Part shown: positions 63,332 to 64,000 of the stretch, piece by piece
How positions within the stretch are numbered: position 1 is the stretch's first letter
How the letters are laid out: each line of letters begins with the position of its first letter
Origin: Escherichia coli
Lineage (GTDB): Bacteria > Pseudomonadota > Gammaproteobacteria > Enterobacterales > Enterobacteriaceae
Assembly (NCBI RefSeq): GCF_003018255.1
Contig: NZ_CP027440.1
DNA length: 64,000 nucleotides
Strand: one strand, 5' to 3'
Made by a program: the position numbers and the translations under genes
Notes under the pieces: generated by a model
What the model was told of the DNA's origin: nothing
What the model saw: only the letters and a program-made list of their open reading frames with translations
The model's database searches: none

Positions 63332-64000
63332 ATGGAAAACGCTAAAATGAACTCGCTCATCGCCCAGTATCCGTTGGTAAAGGATCTGGTTGCTCTTAAA
63401 GAAACCACCTGGTTTAATCCTGGCACGACCTCATTGGCTGAAGGTTTACCTTATGTTGGCCTGACCGAACAGGATGTTCAGGACGCCCATGCGCGCTTAT
63501 CCCGTTTTGCACCCTATCTGGCAAAAGCATTTCCTGAAACTGCTGCTACTGGGGGGATTATTGAATCAGAACTGGTTGCCATTCCGGCTATGCAAAAACG
63601 GCTGGAAAAGGAATATCAACAACCGATCAGCGGGCAACTGCTACTGAAAAAAGATAGCCATTTGCCCATTTCCGGCTCCATAAAAGCACGCGGCGGGATT
63701 TATGAAGTCCTGGCACATGCAGAAAAACTGGCTCTGGAAGCGGGGTTGCTGACGCTTGAAGATGACTACAGCAAACTGCTTTCTCCGGAGTTTAAACAGT
63801 TCTTTAGTCAATACAGCATTGCTGTGGGCTCAACCGGAAATCTGGGGTTATCAATCGGCATTATGAGCGCCCGCATTGGCTTTAAGGTGACAGTACATAT
63901 GTCTGCTGATGCCCGGGCATGGAAAAAAGCGAAACTGCGCAGCCATGGCGTTACGGTCGTGGAATATGAGCAAGATTATGGTGTTGCAGTCGAGGAAGGA
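63332..64000 (+). CDS. dsdA: D-serine dehydratase (5' partial; continues past window end)
   Basis: [31 protein letters not shown]..; PLP-lysine region ..SGSIKARGG. Confidence 0.95.
   Translation, partial: MENAKMNSLIAQYPLVKDLVALKETTWFNPGTTSLAEGLPYVGLTEQDVQDAHARLSRFAPYLAKAFPETAATGGIIESELVAIPAMQKRLEKEYQQPISGQLLLKKDSHLPISGSIKARGGIYEVLAHAEKLALEAGLLTLEDDYSKLLSPEFKQFFSQYSIAVGSTGNLGLSIGIMSARIGFKVTVHMSADARAWKKAKLRSHGVTVVEYEQDYGVAVEEG

Overview
This window is an Escherichia coli chromosomal segment, collinear with the K-12 region running from the lrhA–alaA intergenic through ackA-pta, hisJQMP/argT, cvpA-purF-ubiX, folC, accD, fabB, the prmB-aroC-mepA operon, the yfc chaperone-usher fimbrial operon, fadIJ, fadL, mlaA and yfdC to tRNA-Arg argW. 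About 57.5 kb of the 64 kb is ordinary core genome with genes at expected sizes and order; I found no undescribed system in it. The accessory part is the last ~6.5 kb: directly after argW sits a cscB-cscK-cscA-cscR sucrose-utilisation island (non-PTS type) that ends inside dsdX, so dsdC and the 5' part of dsdX are missing and dsdA follows as an orphan. No integrase, IS element or CRISPR array is present, and the K-12 CPS-53 prophage that normally follows argW is absent. Other notable points: purF carries a single-base insertion in a homopolymer run that frameshifts it; the fimbrial usher yfcU is intact (a pseudogene in K-12); yfdF is absent between fadL and mlaA; rpnB contains a strong internal in-frame ribosome-binding site and start. 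All identifications are by recognising the translated ORFs and motifs from memory; no database search was run.
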